NCBI GenBank assembly: GCA_040954595.2
Contig: CM082593.2
Coordinates: forward strand, 310,001-374,000
Direction of reading: 5' to 3'
Length of the DNA: 64,000 nt
Origin: Balanoglossus misakiensis
Taxonomy: Eukaryota; Animalia; Hemichordata
Notes under the pieces: model-generated
What the model was told of the DNA's origin: nothing
What the model saw: only the letters and a program-made list of their open reading frames with translations
Database searches by the model: none
Shown: piece after piece, positions 1-14,442 of the stretch
Position numbering within the stretch: position 1 is the first letter of the stretch
How the letters are laid out: each line of letters opens with the position of its first letter
Translations under genes and position numbers: made by a program

Positions 1-960
1 TTCACACAATTGTTTCAACTACAGAGAGTTTGTAAAGACTTCCAACATTTGATAAGTGAATATCTTGCAAGTTGCTCATCGTTTGATTTTTCTGGAGTCT
101 CATCGAAATTAACCAAGGAAGCTTTTCTGACTGCAGTGGAGCACACAGATTCTTTGCGTGAATTGTCATTGGAGAACTGCAGAGGCTGGTTGAAGGATGA
201 CATTCTCATGCCAGTTTTGTCTCGGAATAAGCAGCTTCAGAAAATAAACCTGGGTGGTTGTTCTGGTCTGACGACTCGAAGCATCCAGTGTGTGGCAGTG
301 AATTGCCGTTCTTTGCAGAGTATCTCATTACGCGAGTGTCACTGGGTACAGGCACCGAGTATTGAAGTTCTAGCCTTGAATTGCGGTGACTTGGAACATG
401 TGAACTTGACAAGCTGCTGGGAACTTGGTGATGAAACTATACTGACCTTGATAATGACACATCCTGGGTTGAAGTATCTCTCGCTTGCAAAAATCTATGG
501 TATAACAGACATAGCAATTGATATGTTGGCCAGGAGTTGCCCACAGCTGGAATATCTAAATATTCAGGGGTGCTGGAGGATTACTAACTCGGTGATTAGG
601 TAAGAATTTGTGTCAGTTTTATACCAAAATGAACATTTACTATTTTGTACACTGACAATTATGTGTCAATTAAGACTCAATAGGTGAGTCTCATATCTCA
701 CGAATTAAGATTATATATAGACACAAAGTGTTGTTGACAAGTTTATTATTTGTATCATTTGCAGATTGTTAGGTGATCATTGCCCAAGACTCAGCCAGCT
801 TGAAGTAGAAGATTGTCGCGATATCAATGAAGGAAGTCTGGCCAGATTACGTGTCAAAGGTATCCAAATTGATGTACCTCCACAACCTGTACGCCATCAC
901 CTAGCAGCAAATCAACAAGCAATGTTAGCAACGTGTCCACCGCTTTATCATCAAATCTAA
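1..960 (+). CDS. FBXL15: F-box/LRR-repeat protein 15 (3' part; exons <1..599 and 765..960)
   Basis: Cys-containing LRRs and close match to recalled FBXL15 sequence (LQRVCKDF, LRELSLENCRGWLKDDILMPVLSRN, INEGSLARLRVKGIQIDVPP). GT-AG intron 600..764, TAA at 958-960. Start lies outside the window. Confidence 0.9.
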
Positions 961-2035
961 AACTGGATTAGGTTATCTGGATTAGATTGTTCTCAACTGG
1001 ATTAGATTAATCTCAATTGATTTTCAAGATTATGATACAGCATTTGCAATAATTCCATCACAACTTGACTAGACTGATCCAGGCCGATTTCACCGTCAGC
1101 AAAGGGGTTCCCTTGTCAATCAATTGATCATCAGTGAATAGTCAAACTGTCTCACCCAGTAAATAAACCCTTTTTGTTATATTTTGACTATTTCAACATC
1201 AAAATTTGGTTTGGGCATATATTGTTTTCAGTGAATCATTTACAAAGATTTACAAGAATTGATACATGTACTACCCATCATCTTTGCCATTTGATGTTTG
1301 TTGTTTGTAAACAAGATATTTCTTTAAATGAATCTTTATTTCTTGTGATTTTAATACAGTTCAAAGTCATTTTCTACAGAATTAAGATATGTTTTATTTG
1401 TACCGGTAAACATGAAATTGATCATTAGTTATTATTTACAGCAGAGAAGTGTGAAATTTAATAATCAAATTTTGAGAAATATTCATTGTATTCACCTTCC
1501 AGATTCTGGTATTGTATTGGCAGCTTACAGAACATCAATAAATTATGTACATCAATCTGTTTTGAGAATAAAAATCTCATTTTTTGTTGCATTTGTGTCT
1601 ATAAATCAAAACAGCCATGAACTACAACACAGCCCAATTCCCCCATTTTCCAACTGGCCCCATAGCATTGCATAGTGCTTCAAATTTGTCCTTGTAAAAA
1701 GGTACTGCCCCCTGTCCCTCTTTTGTGTCTTTCAAAACAATCTTTCATATGCTATTCCCTCAGTACATTCATCTTGCAGTTCTGTTTTCATTTCACTTAA
1801 TTTTCATCGAGTAAAAAATCCACCCACATTTCAAGCTGTTAATTCTAGGCATCTTAATTTTGAATAAATGTTGATTTCATCCATTGATGTTGAAATCTAG
1901 TAAGTCTTCACCACTGTCGTCAGATTCTAAGTCTTCTGATGGTGAGTATGACGGGCTTTCCTGCACACATCCTGTTTTTCTATCTTCCACGGAAATATAT
2001 TCTGAGATCTGATAACTCACAACAAAAGTATGCAA

Positions 2036-5000
2036 TTAATTGATATTACAGTTCCTATCATCATTATAAGATCCTGGATCTTGGAAGTCGTCAGTCTTTG
2101 GTGGGGCTTGGAGTCCATCAGGGTCATGTTGGTGTTTTTCTGCTAGTCGGGACTGCTGACTCCATCTTGAATGTTTCTCCATACTTTTGGCACTTTGATG
2201 GTCATCCATGTCAAAATCTGAAAAAAAAGATTGTATAAAGTTTGAAATTTCTATAACCATAACTTTGGTAATCGGCTTGAAATGGCGTCTTGAATGTTGA
2301 CAGTGAGACAGCTCACATATACAAATGCATATTTTCAGGCAACATTTACATACATACATCTGTTTGGTGAAAAGCAATGAGACATCATTTCTCATAAAAC
2401 TCACCTTCCAAATCACTACACTCAAGTGACATTGGAAGACTGTCCTCTTCTACACTGCAATCTCCTCCATCATCATAATCATCATCAATCTGTCGTTTTC
2501 TTGACTTTCTTTGCTTCATGTTTTGCTTTGTTTTGTCTTGTTCTGACTGTTCACTATGCTGGCTGTCAACCTCTCTCTGTTCTCTCCATTTCTTCATGAA
2601 GATTTGTGAAGATTGAATTCCATCTTTATATTCTGCATAAAGAAATGGCACAAAATGACCAACTTGCTAAGGATTAACCCTTTCACCGCCATGGTTCAGT
2701 CCAACCCCACTGTTTCCTATGTTAAAGTTGGACCTCTAAAGAGGGAACTGGGGGTGAAAGGGTTAACAATTTCACAGTTCTCTGTCTTTCAAGTTACCAT
2801 CAGCAACAGACCTTTTATTTGTTGTGCTTTAGCAAATCTGGCATGACAATATTCACAAGCATTCACTGTTTGAAACAGCCATCACAGCATTACTTACCTT
2901 GGCAGTGAGATACCACCTTTCCCCAGAGATTATTCTGATATAACATCTTCATATTTCCAACTATAAAAAGATGATTCTTAGATCTTGTAAGGGCTACATT
3001 AGTCCTCCTTAAGAAGAAGCAAACATAAATACATGTATTACCAATTGACAGAAAACTAGATCATACAATCATACACACACCAGCTATTATATAATTGTGG
3101 AATATATATTTTATGATAAGAACTTACTTGTCACAGTCGATGAAGCCCATGTAATCAGTCCGAACACAGGAGAGTATAATGATACTCTTTTCACCTCCCT
3201 GGAATGCATCCACAGTTGAAATCTGAATGGCTCTCAATTCACTCTGACTACCCACACTGAAATAAAACAAGGACAAAAACAATTCATGAATTGGGACCTA
3301 TGGTGTTACCTTTAATTACATGTATTGACACTGGAACAGTAAACTGTACCTCTCATTAGAAGCACTGACATATTTTTGAAAAGAATATCCCACTTTACAA
3401 GATCAAATAATTGAAACATTTAGAAACTGTCTTACTTGCTGGCTTGTATCTGCAGACTTACTCTTGACAACTGGGCCTTGTAGAGTGTAATTACACCAAT
3501 GTTACAAGGATGAACACCATTGGATACAAGTGTTTCTATCAAGAAAACAACAAAGTCTGCCTCCATTTCATTGTAGTAGCTGCCATCTCTTCCACAAACT
3601 TCTTTACCATTGGACACATTGTAGAAACACAGTGTGGGAAGCCCCTCCTGATGGGAGATACATAATGGACATTGTTGACTTAACGTTGGGGGCTTCAAAT
3701 GTCTAGCAGTGTCTCGAAACCTGCTTATTGCTGTTCACAGCTATATTTACAGTTTGTGATACTTACAGCAAGTGGTAATCTCTCATCAGCAGAGACTCCA
3801 TTCAACAGATGATTCTCATAAAAGAGATCATTGGCAATGGCACTGATGTTAGGATGGCATCTGTATTGGGTTCTCAGCATGGTTGCAAGATGTCCCTAAG
3901 AATCAAGTCAGAAATGCCATGAATGATGATGCGGCTCAAGAATCAACTTAGTGTCAACAAACATGATTGCACACATAAGTATACAATACAAGTCAGCAAA
4001 AAAATCATTGAAATGGCTGGAACTTACCATTCTTGTCAGTCTATCAAAGAGAGTCTGTTCTAACCCAGATTGATGGGCAGACTCTGAGCCTTGGATGGTT
4101 GGATTCAGCTGCTTAGGATCACCAACCAACACCAGTTTCTCACATTCAAATCTAGCCATGGGTAGCAATGATGTGGACTCTGTCATCTGACTGCATTCAT
4201 CCAGTAAAACAACCTGCAACAAAGCATGTGTAGACATCTGACAAGTGGAGACTTTATACATGTTAAATATTTATATTGCAGATTTCAAATTATTTTTTTC
4301 TTCAGTTAACAATGGGGCATCACATCTGCAATATCCTAACAACCCTCTCCTATCCGTGGAATGCACTATAAAACACTTACTGGAAATTTGAGTTTCTGCA
4401 TACAAGGGAAGTCACATGCAGCGCACGTCACCCCTACTACTTTCACATTGGACAGCTTGGCCTTATTGTGTCCCAGACGATGTTTCTCAATTGTCTTCCT
4501 TACAAGCTGTTTTTCAGAGGGAGTGAGGTCACCTTTTAGCATATCCTGCAGTTCTTTGAGTTCTTGGTTGTCAGAACCTGTGGCATGGACACTGCAAAAG
4601 AAAGTTGGTAGTTTGTACAAACAGTTATTTTTAGACATAAAGCAGTCCATTTGGAATTCCTGTCTCTATATGTACAAAGATATCAAATCTGTACCATAAA
4701 AAAATTTCAGTTTCAAGTTACTAGTATTTCACCTATAAGGCAACACTGGTTTGGCGATCTTCTTCATGCTCCCAACTCTGACAAAGTCTTCAAAACCAAG
4801 ATCAAGCAACCTGCGACAAAAACAGAATAAATGTTACCATGGATTTGGACTAAACCGTGGAGTGAAAGAGATAACTATTTCTGATTAGCAGAGGTCAAAA
4901 TAATTTCATAATTCATAATGAAGAACCACCAAGAAGTTTGATGTTAAAGACACAACACAATGTCCATAGTAATTTCAAAATGACTTACCCTAGCAGAATT

Positions 5001-8000
5001 CTGTCCACAGCAACATTTGTTGTCGAAGAAATCAATATCTTCCATCTGTTTGCTTTGTCTTCCTCTGATCCAATAAGATTGAACAGTTCAACAAGGAACA
5101 TAATTGTAACAGCCAATAGGAAACTTTTACCAGCACCAAACACACCTGTAAATGGACAAAATGAGAATTCTTGTTTCCGCTTGTTTGTCTCAGATTTATC
5201 AATCAGTCAGTTATAAATCAATATATCAGTCTGTCAATCAATCAATCTTCCATGGATCAATGTTATCTCATCTGTGCAATTCAGCTTTAGCATAACTCAC
5301 CATGGACCAATGTTACTGGTGCAAAACAATGTTCATGTCCTGATATCATTTGAGCCACTCTTCTCAGCGCTGTTGATTGGTCTATATTCAAATTGTACTT
5401 ATCGATAAAATCTTCAGCATATTTTTCCTGTTGAAAAAAAAAGACAAAACTAAACCATGTAGTTTGCATGCTCGTTCATACAGCAATGGGTTTGGAATGA
5501 ACAAAGGGTTAAAGATGTGAAAGTTGTTGGTAGCAAACTTACAACGACATGCCACGGAACATCAATACATGAGCTGTCAGTGAGCGTAGACACAGGGCAT
5601 CTGAATGTATTCTGTGAAGGACCAGTCACTTGGTTTGAGGGAACATCTTCAGGGCTGAAAGGGAATGGATAAATGTCATGGAATATATTGTGGATGTGAT
5701 ATCAACAGTCACTTTCACATGTACACTTTCCAATTTCCAAAATATCCAATGAGCTTTTCCCGAAGTGACCCAGCAGTAATTTTATCTCAAAGTGCTTCAG
5801 TTTTCCGTTACTTTCTTGGAGTGGTAGTCCAGAGATTTCCACAAACTTCCATCATGTTGTAGTGTGACAAGATTTGAGTCTATTCCTCGTATTATAATCA
5901 TGAAAACACTAACCTGTGTATAAGGTATGGTATGATTGGTGTAACTCTTGGATTGAGATAGTCTTGAATGTTTCTAATGCAAGAAAGCTCATTGCTGGCA
6001 TTGCAGGCGAGAATAGCATATACATTGGCTGAAAAATATTAGATGACATTTGTGGGTTAGTACACAATGCTTGTCACTTATCATCATCATGGTTCAGTCC
6101 AACCCCATTGTTTCCTTTGGTAAAGTTGGATGTCTTAAGAGGAAACTGGGGGTGAAAGGAATACTTACTATCTGAGTTGATCCAGTTGGATGGCGAGTAT
6201 CCACTGATTGGTTCTATTTCCACCTCAGCAGATGATGACGGACCATGGTATACACTCTTTGCAATGAATGTACTCATCGGGTCGAAGTTCAAGTCTTTAG
6301 ATATGATCCATAGGTCATCTGAAGAACAAAACATGTGATACAGCAAATTTATGTCAGAATCTTGGTTTGAACACCACAACTGTAAATGTTCTCAACTTGT
6401 CTATGAACATCGTCTATAAATTGGCTTACCTTTGGAGTATACAGAAGAATGTTCCTTCCTTGATAGTTGGAGGTAAAGTTTCTTCTTGACATTTTCTGAG
6501 TTTTGATTTCTGTATTTCTTTATCCATGCCTGCAGTGAAGAAGACCAGATGAAGCACGAACACATGGAATCAGTAAACATGAATCAAGATATCGCTCCAA
6601 AACTAGTGGTGATAATACAATCAACAGTTAGTGAAAGCCAAACATGAGCGAGAAACTCATGGCTGTGAGGACATGTCACTTATAACCACACACAGTTGAT
6701 TCAATTAACTTACCGGTGCATTTTTCAAAGGACCATACACGTCACCAGATGTCTTCCTAACAAATCTACACTCACAGTAGAGGGCGATGTTCTGACTTTT
6801 ATAGAAAGAGTCAATGCTTTGTGCATCTGACAACACAAATTGTGTAACTTTCTTCACAACTCCTCTTCCTCCAGATTTGGAGTCAGCGTCTGCCCACTGG
6901 AAGAACTAATAATAACAACATAAAATGTATGTATGGAATTGTTTATAGGGAAACAAAGGGTACGCTGTGTAATATATGCCCCTTTAACAACTGAGTATTC
7001 ATACAAAGGTACCTTGCACTGTTGTGATCGTTGTGCACCACAAGTATAGAAGAATCTGCCTTTATTTGGCCCATCTTTCTTCACCATTACCATCTTGGAC
7101 GCTGAACCGTGCTCACAAACAGGAACATTGCTGGCTGCATTACAAACACTAGTGCCTTGGTTTCCTTTCAGATAAAAAAGTAATTATTCAGTGGAAGAGA
7201 GTGAAATGTGTATCCCATCCGAAGAGTGAAATGCCAAACACTAAACTTAATTTATACAACTTATACATAGCTACATGTACCAGGGGGGTTTATATGTATT
7301 TGGTTGCAAATTAAGAAGACGCATGAACAAAGATGATATTGTACATACCTTTAAAACTGCCACAGTTTGGCATGTAGTGTGAAATGTCAGCTTTTGCACG
7401 ACCAGAATGATATCTCTGAGCCAAGTCAAACAGAACTATATTCAGATGTTCTGAAAACAGAAAGTGAATATGTTAGAAGCACATAAAATTTATTCATATG
7501 TCATATGATTTATGGCATATTGTCTGAGCCCTGTGACATGCCTTTGACCTATGTACCGTACGGTATATGAAAGTTTCTCTCACCTTTCAGAGCAGCTATG
7601 AGTGTTTGTTTATAGACATTGATGTTCGGGAAAGTGATCGGTATGGTGACTTGTCTGACTGGAACAGCTATGTTCTCCACTTCTTTCTTGGAAGGAAAAA
7701 ATAAATCCCCACAGAGATTTATCTGAAAAGAAGAGTGCAAATATATGGGTCAATCAGAGTTCAAGAATTTGTGTTTTCATTTCAAGTAGCTTGATGTCAT
7801 CCCCTTTCAATTTAAAGTTGTCAAGTGTGAGGATCATGCATGCAACCACTATCGTATTGGAAATGGCTATAATTTGTAGCAGGAAGCAGCCCAATCAGAT
7901 GTTCTGCTCAATGAACTCAAAATCCTACCTTGCTATCTCCCAGTGTAGACTGTTGTGCACTACCAACGATTGGAGTATGAAACCTCTTCTTTCCGTAACT

Positions 8001-11000
8001 TCTGTTTGATACAAATGCACCGACTGTTTGTTTCCTGACAGTGGATTTCATTTCACCTGTTTGTTCGACTGTCCCTGATGGATTCGCAGATATTCTTTTC
8101 AGTCCAGTCCTGTACTTTCTCCCTGGTCCTGCCATACTTCCTGAATCAAACCTTCCACTTAGTTGACCAGACACTTGATTTGACTTTTCATCATGTTCTT
8201 GTTCATATTGTTCATCATTTCCATAACTCAGATTCTGTGTTTCAGTCTCATCTCTTTGTCTGTTGCTTTCACTCAACTGTCTCTTTGCATTGTGTTCAAT
8301 GCTGGCTGCTGGGTTCATTAACCCTGTGTCACACTTGACACTTTGTCTTGGCATATTCCAATTATTTCCCTCTGTAGGTCTCGACAGAATTCTTTTCAGC
8401 GCAATACTTTGATGTGCCCCAAGATTCACAGATGGAGAATTAATCTTATCACTACCACTCTGAAATGAACTGCCCGTATCATCTTCCATGGGTTTGGTTA
8501 TCAGGGGTTTTCGTTCTCTGCATTTGAACTTGAACTTTGTATTGACTCGCCCAGACTTACCAATACCCTGGTCTTCTGAATATATGGTACCAATGCCATC
8601 TTGTAAAAGAAAGTTGCTGCTGTCTGCAAGTTCCCGGTCAACAGTCTGGTCTAGTGTACCCTGTTGCTTGCTGTTTGTTTCAATATCATGACATCCCATT
8701 GCAATGTTATTTCTGATGAAGTTGGGTTGTGTAGACAATGGTGTGTTTCCACACCCCGTTTGGATCAGGCTTGTCTCATCATAGTCTCCTACAGTTAGCA
8801 TATCACTGTGTGCTTGCTTTTGTACATCAGAATTTAAACGATGCACCCTGCCTTCTCTTTGTGATTCTCCAAACTTGAATCCAAAACTGCTCTGCTTTGA
8901 AGTGGTAGCATCAATCAGAGCACTGCCCAAGTCATCCTCTTCCTCTCGATTGTGATATTCTGGTACCACATCCTGAGATGGACTCCATACATCACCACAG
9001 AGTGGTGAGTCTTTAAGAGATGAACCCACAGATGGGACTCTTTGTATTGGTGAATTGTTATGTCCTGTAGGATGTCTGGGAGATATTCCGCTGGTGCTAG
9101 TATTGCTGATTTGCTGTGATCTCCATAGTTGAGTGGGTAGTTCACTGTACGAATCCTTGGATGATGACAGATCAATATAAAACAATTCATCATCCTCTTG
9201 AGGGACATGAACATCTGCAAAGACAAATATGGAATTTTAACATAATGTCATTTGTGAATATCAATATCACACTTTTAAGAATAGTTGCAGCAATCCATTC
9301 AAAACAAACAAGAGAAACATCACAAGTCAACAAGATGATCTCTTGACCTACTTTGTAGATCTACCGCATCACCATCTGGGACACAGTCATTTTCCAATGC
9401 CTCCCTTTCCACCACTGTTGATGATCTTAAACTTCTGACTACAGTACCACTGATTACTGCCCTCTGCCAGTGGCTGTCTTCAATTTTCTTTGAAGCCTAT
9501 GGGACCAATATACCGTATGTGAATGATCTCTCGATCACCAAAAATCTTTATGAAAATATGGGAATGCTCAGACATTTAGAATCTGACGGTATCCATACCT
9601 TTTCCAACAAAGACTTATCAAGACTGTCCCTGCTGGTCTTCTTTCTCATACCAATCAACTCTGATGGATGGGGCAGCTCAGATATTACAAAGCTGCCACT
9701 TTGAGTCTGTCTCTGAACTGCTGCAGCATCCGATAGATTCTTCTGTGATTGTAATGCATCTGGAATGTAGAAGTGGAGATACATAAATCTAGAGCTCTGA
9801 TGACATCCAGCTAGAGAGTGAAACTGTTATACACAGGGACAAAAAATGTAAAAATCCATCCAGATTAGAGGAGAATTTTGCCTAAAAGTATGATTCTTTG
9901 TAGCATAATTTCCATGAGCTATTTTCCTACCTTCCATCTTGTCTATTACATGTATTTGATGAGGTTGCCAAAAATCTGTTATCATCTCCTGAGTTGGAAG
10001 TTGATTAACTGTGGCCTCACTATGCATCTCTTTACTGTCTGTTGCTGAACTATTGGACACTAATCTTAATACTGCTGGCATGTCTTGTGTTCTGTACCCC
10101 TGGCTGCTTGCAGTGAACTCACTATGACCAGTCAAATAGTGACTAGCTTCAGTACTGGCAAAACTCTGCTGTTCTGGTATGTCATCTGACTGGCTTTCTG
10201 TGTGTAACAGTAGGTCTAAATCTGGCTTGAATTCATCATTCTGCAATGGGCTGCTTGACAATACTGCAACTACTTCCAAGTCCCTTACAACTTTTCCTTC
10301 TCTTGTTATGTCCCTATTCATGTGATCAGTTTCATACAAATCTTCCTCAGTGCCTTGATGTCCACTATCAGCATTAAATCCCTGTATTTCTTTGTTACGT
10401 TTCGATATCAACTGCCTTGGTACTTCCAGAACAGGGCCCATACTTCCCCAATATGGAACCTCCTGCAATCTTGAACTACTTGAGTCACAGATCTGGTTAT
10501 TCTCACTTATCTGTCTTTTTAGACAGCAATCCTGACTAAGCTGGCTTGATAATGAGATATCAAAAGTGTCTACAGATGATGGTTGACTGAAATTACCAGT
10601 ACTCTCATCACATGCAACCTGCAGTGTGTTGTCTTCACTATCAGCTAAACATGAAGTTGTTCTTTCGAGTTCCTCATTTCTCTCAGTGTTGATAAGCTCA
10701 TCAACCTGATTTGAATCACTATCTGTGAATGACTTCTGACAATTATCATTAAGTGAGAAACACTTTCTTTCCTGCATCGCCTCACATACTGGGTCGTCTA
10801 TATTTCTGAGTTCATCTCCCTCATAATTCTCTTGGTCTGAATGTGTATTTCCTTGTTTCTGATCTGATGTGCCATCAGTTCTAAGACCACCATACATATT
10901 GAGGGATTTACCTGAGTCCATAGCAGATGCACTTCCCTTGTTATTTTTCAGATCTAAACATGATTCCAGCTGAATCTGCTCTGTTGCGTTATTGTACCAG

Positions 11001-12862
11001 TATGCGCCATTCCCTTTTTCTGTAGTTTCACACTCCAACTCACCATTCTTTGATGAAACTGCTCTACCTCCAAACAAAGGTTTGCTGATCAGATTAACAT
11101 TTGTGTAACTGCCATCATCAACACAGTCATGGATATCATTCTCAACTGTCTCTGAAGAACGCTCATCTTGGTCCTGATTGTTAAAATCCTTAGTGCTTCT
11201 AAAATTGGGCAGTGTATCTTGCATTTTCTTCTGCTTGCCACCAAGAAGTGCCAAAATTTCAGCCGCATTTCTCTTGGTTTTCACATGCTCTCTTGACCTT
11301 TCATCATCACTCGATATCGTTGTGCAAACTGTTCCATCACTGTTTTCAGCATATGCGTTCCAACTACTCTTTCTGACAGATGTATGTTCTTGCGTAATTT
11401 TGTGGGTTCCTTGTTGGCTATACAACTCACCTGATGCCGCTTCAAAAGACGGGTTGATGTGGTGACCACCAGTCTGTTCTGACAGATTCCATTTAGAACT
11501 CATACTGGTACACGCAGCCTGATAACCGTATTCTACTCCATCGCTACTATTTTGGAAATCATGTCCATCATGAGTTTCAGTTTTATGTCCAATGCTAGGA
11601 CTGGTTTTCTTGTACAAGTTCATGAAGTCTTGCTTTTGTTTTGTTTGGAATGGGGTGCTGAACAAAGGTGATGACAAAGTTGTTCTGGGGTTAATGATCA
11701 CTGGCCCAGAATTGGATGATGTATGGTCCTCCTCTGTGGTTCTTTCTTCATCATTACATGGTCTCTTGGCAACTTGCCTTGGTACTGTGAAACCCTGCAG
11801 GTTAAAAAAAACACTGACCTTTTAATTGATTTGCTAAAGACATACAGGAACAGGTCAACGGGTGTGAACCACTATAGACATCTTGAAATAAAGTGATCCT
11901 GATAGTTCAACCATGAAACCAAAGTTGCAACCCTATTTACATTCTGCATAACCTAGAACTAATAGACTACACTTGCCGTTCTCCTTCTTTTTAATGGAAA
12001 CCTTGGTTGTTGTGGTTGTATTGCATGATTCCTACGGGGCTCCCCAGCTGATGTAGAGCCTCTGTTTTCATTGCTGTGTGGAGGTACACTGTCAACCTTT
12101 GCACCTGCATTGTGTGTATTTTCTTCCTCAATTAGAATCAGATATCGATCACTTTCAAGCTGTTCGCCAACAATAAGCTATAAGAAATGATAACAAGACA
12201 ATATATGTAGTAAAAATGTTATTGTAGGTTATGGTAAAGAACAGTACAAAGTCATTCCAGTTGGAAGACAAGAATGATGTGGTTTAATTACCTGATCTGG
12301 TCTGATATGAAGAGAATCCAATTTTGATTTCTTATCATCATAGAGGCAGGCTTTACTTCCTTGAACACCATATTTTAACACTCCATCCTGCCAAGTTTTT
12401 GCTTTCTTGGTCTTCTGGTGGGTATATAATATCTGAAAGAAAGTTGTTAAGCAAAATATATCTCTCAGACTCAAAAACATTGACTGGTAGAGTGGTGCCT
12501 CTGATATTTGGGACAGTGTTTAAGGTAAATAAACATAAATAAACCACGTAAAATCAAACTGCAACCAAATGAAATGTGTTGAATATTGTATGTACATTTC
12601 ATCAGCATGCATATCTTGTTGACATCCAAGTGGTCATTGGTTACGAGATCTGTGTTTCCCCATTGCTTGGACTCCGGAGTTGCGGCTTATTTATTTATTC
12701 CATATACAAGCAACAACAAGATATAAGCAAATAATGACATACATGAACTTCGAAAGCAATGATGGAGCTCTTTCTTGGGTAAAAAAACTTCTTGTGATGT
12801 CTTCAAATTGATATTCCAAATATTAAAAGGAAATTACTTACTGTAAACTCTCTCCCAGACAT
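2036..12862 (-). CDS. ZGRF1: ZGRF1: DUF2439 N-terminus, long disordered region, GRF zinc finger, SF1B (Upf1/DNA2-like) helicase; multi-exon
   Basis: 21-nt exon 1 MSGREFT (12862..12842) splices to ILYTHQKTKKAKTWQDGVL and LESDRYLI (DUF2439). GRF finger CEHG..VKKDGPNKGRFFYTC near 7050-7120. Walker A VHG|VFGAGKS split by an intron (~5300/5140), LLDECSQ, LVLVGDPKQL, QYRCHP, IGVITLYKAQ, STVDAFQGGEK. Confidence 0.93.
2674..2766. mobile_element. 85-bp MITE with TTAA target-site duplication (piggyBac-like termini)
   Basis: TTAA|CCCTTTCACCGCCA ... TGGGGGTGAAAGGG|TTAA (13/14 TIR match) in a ZGRF1 intron. Related copies occur elsewhere in the window. Confidence 0.75.
6088..6159. mobile_element. Truncated copy of the TTAA MITE family
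   Basis: catggttcagtccaacccca..ggaaactgggggtgaaagg aligns by eye to 2690..2761. Confidence 0.7.
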
Positions 12863-13448
12863 TCCTGTAGAGCTTGTTGATAAGCAATTCGACTTGTAAA
12901 CACCATGCACCTACTACAAGAGAAAAGACAGTCGCCGATATTCCATATTCCACAGTCTAGGTCATCGATCAGTGATCAGATCTAGCAGACGAACTAATAA
13001 ACGTAGTCTGCTACAGACGGTATGATCAGATCTATTTTGATGTGTTTTAAAGGAAGATTCAGGTACATAAAATAACTATTCCAGACACTAATATATCGAA
13101 AGGTTGAACCGGACGTAATCTGCAGTCCTCCGTTTGAACAAGTTGTAAAAACTCTCGGACAACCCGAAAAACACGGTCCATGGATCGAGCCACGGAATGG
13201 CCGTCGTTTTTGTTGACATCTGACGACCTTCTTTGTGACCTTCGCGTGACCCGTAAAGTCGATCGCTAATAATTGTCATCCGGTTGAAATTTTGGACTTT
13301 GTATAAAGCAATAGTGCAGAAAATATAACTATTACTGATCAGTGCTCAATTAGTTCAAATTTTTTAAGTATCCTTGAAATGTGACAAATGAAAACAAAAT
13401 AATGATTTACCCATGATGCTTCAAAACAAAATGGCGCAAGCCTCTAGC

Positions 13449-14442
13449 GGCCGCCATTGATCCCAGAGTCCTTTGCGGAAGAGATTGTTCTATTCAAAAT
13501 GGGGGTGTCCGGCTATGTTTTTAGCGCCCCCAACACGTTTACATTGTCCTCACTTTTGTTTATTTGTTAAAAAAGTACGACTATCGACTTTATATTGTAA
13601 CCCACCCCATCTAACGAAATAGCGAGTGTAAAATGAAACTTTAAAGTTGTAAAAACTCTCGGACAACCCGAAAAACACGGTCCATGGATCGAGCCACGGA
13701 ATGGCCGCCATTGAACCCAGAGTCCTTTGCGGAAGAGATTGTTCTATTCAAAATGGTGGTGTCCGGCTATGTTACTAGCGCCCCCAACATGTTTACATTG
13801 TCCTCACTTTTGTTTATTTGTTAAAAAAGTACGACTATCGACTTTATATTGTAACCCACCCCATCTAACGAAATAGCGAGTGTAAAATGAAACTTTAAAG
13901 TTGTAAAAACTCTCGGACAACCCGAAAAACACGGTCCATGGATCGAGCCACGGAATGGCCGCCATTGATCCCAGAGTCCTTTGCGGAAGAGATTGTTCTA
14001 TTCAAAATGGGGGTGTCCGGCTATGTTTTTAGCGCCCCCAACACGTTTACATTGTCCTCACTTTTGTTTATTTGTTAAAAAAGTACGACTATCGACTTTA
14101 TATTGTAACCCACCCCATCTAACGAAATAGCGAGTGTAAAATGAAACTTTAAAGTTGTAAAAACTCTCGGACAACCCGAAAAACACGGTCCATGGATCGG
14201 GCCACGGAATGGCCGCCATTGATCCCAGAGTCCTTTGTGGAAGAGATTGTTCTATGTTCAATCTGGGGGTGTCCGGCTATGTTTTTAGCGCTACCAACAC
14301 GTTTACATTTTCCTCATTTTCGTTTATTTGTTAAAAATGTACGACTATCGACTTTATATTGTAATCCCCCTTCTTACGAAATTGCGAGTGTAAAATAAAA
14401 CTTTTAAGTTGTAAAAACTCTCGGACAACCGAAAAACACGGT
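13449..14442. repeat. 254-bp tandem repeat, ~4 copies; partial copy at 13140..13203 and ~1.3 inverted copies at 15138..15462
   Basis: Anchor ttgtaaaaactctcggac recurs at 13647, 13901, 14155, 14409 (period 254) and at 13143. Confidence 0.95.

Noticed and set aside
9790-9830. CTGATGA...GAAA hammerhead-like spacing (also ~22362 and ~61890)
   Set aside because: The required stems II/III or the core C cannot be formed.
12973-13034. 12-bp direct repeat TGATCAGATCTA around an 8-bp hairpin upstream of ZGRF1
   Set aside because: Too short to distinguish from a local duplication or chance.
13449-14442. 254-bp repeat as a retrozyme or small-RNA gene array
   Set aside because: No CUGANGA core on either strand and no recognisable tRNA, 5S or snRNA motifs; its short ORFs are incidental.
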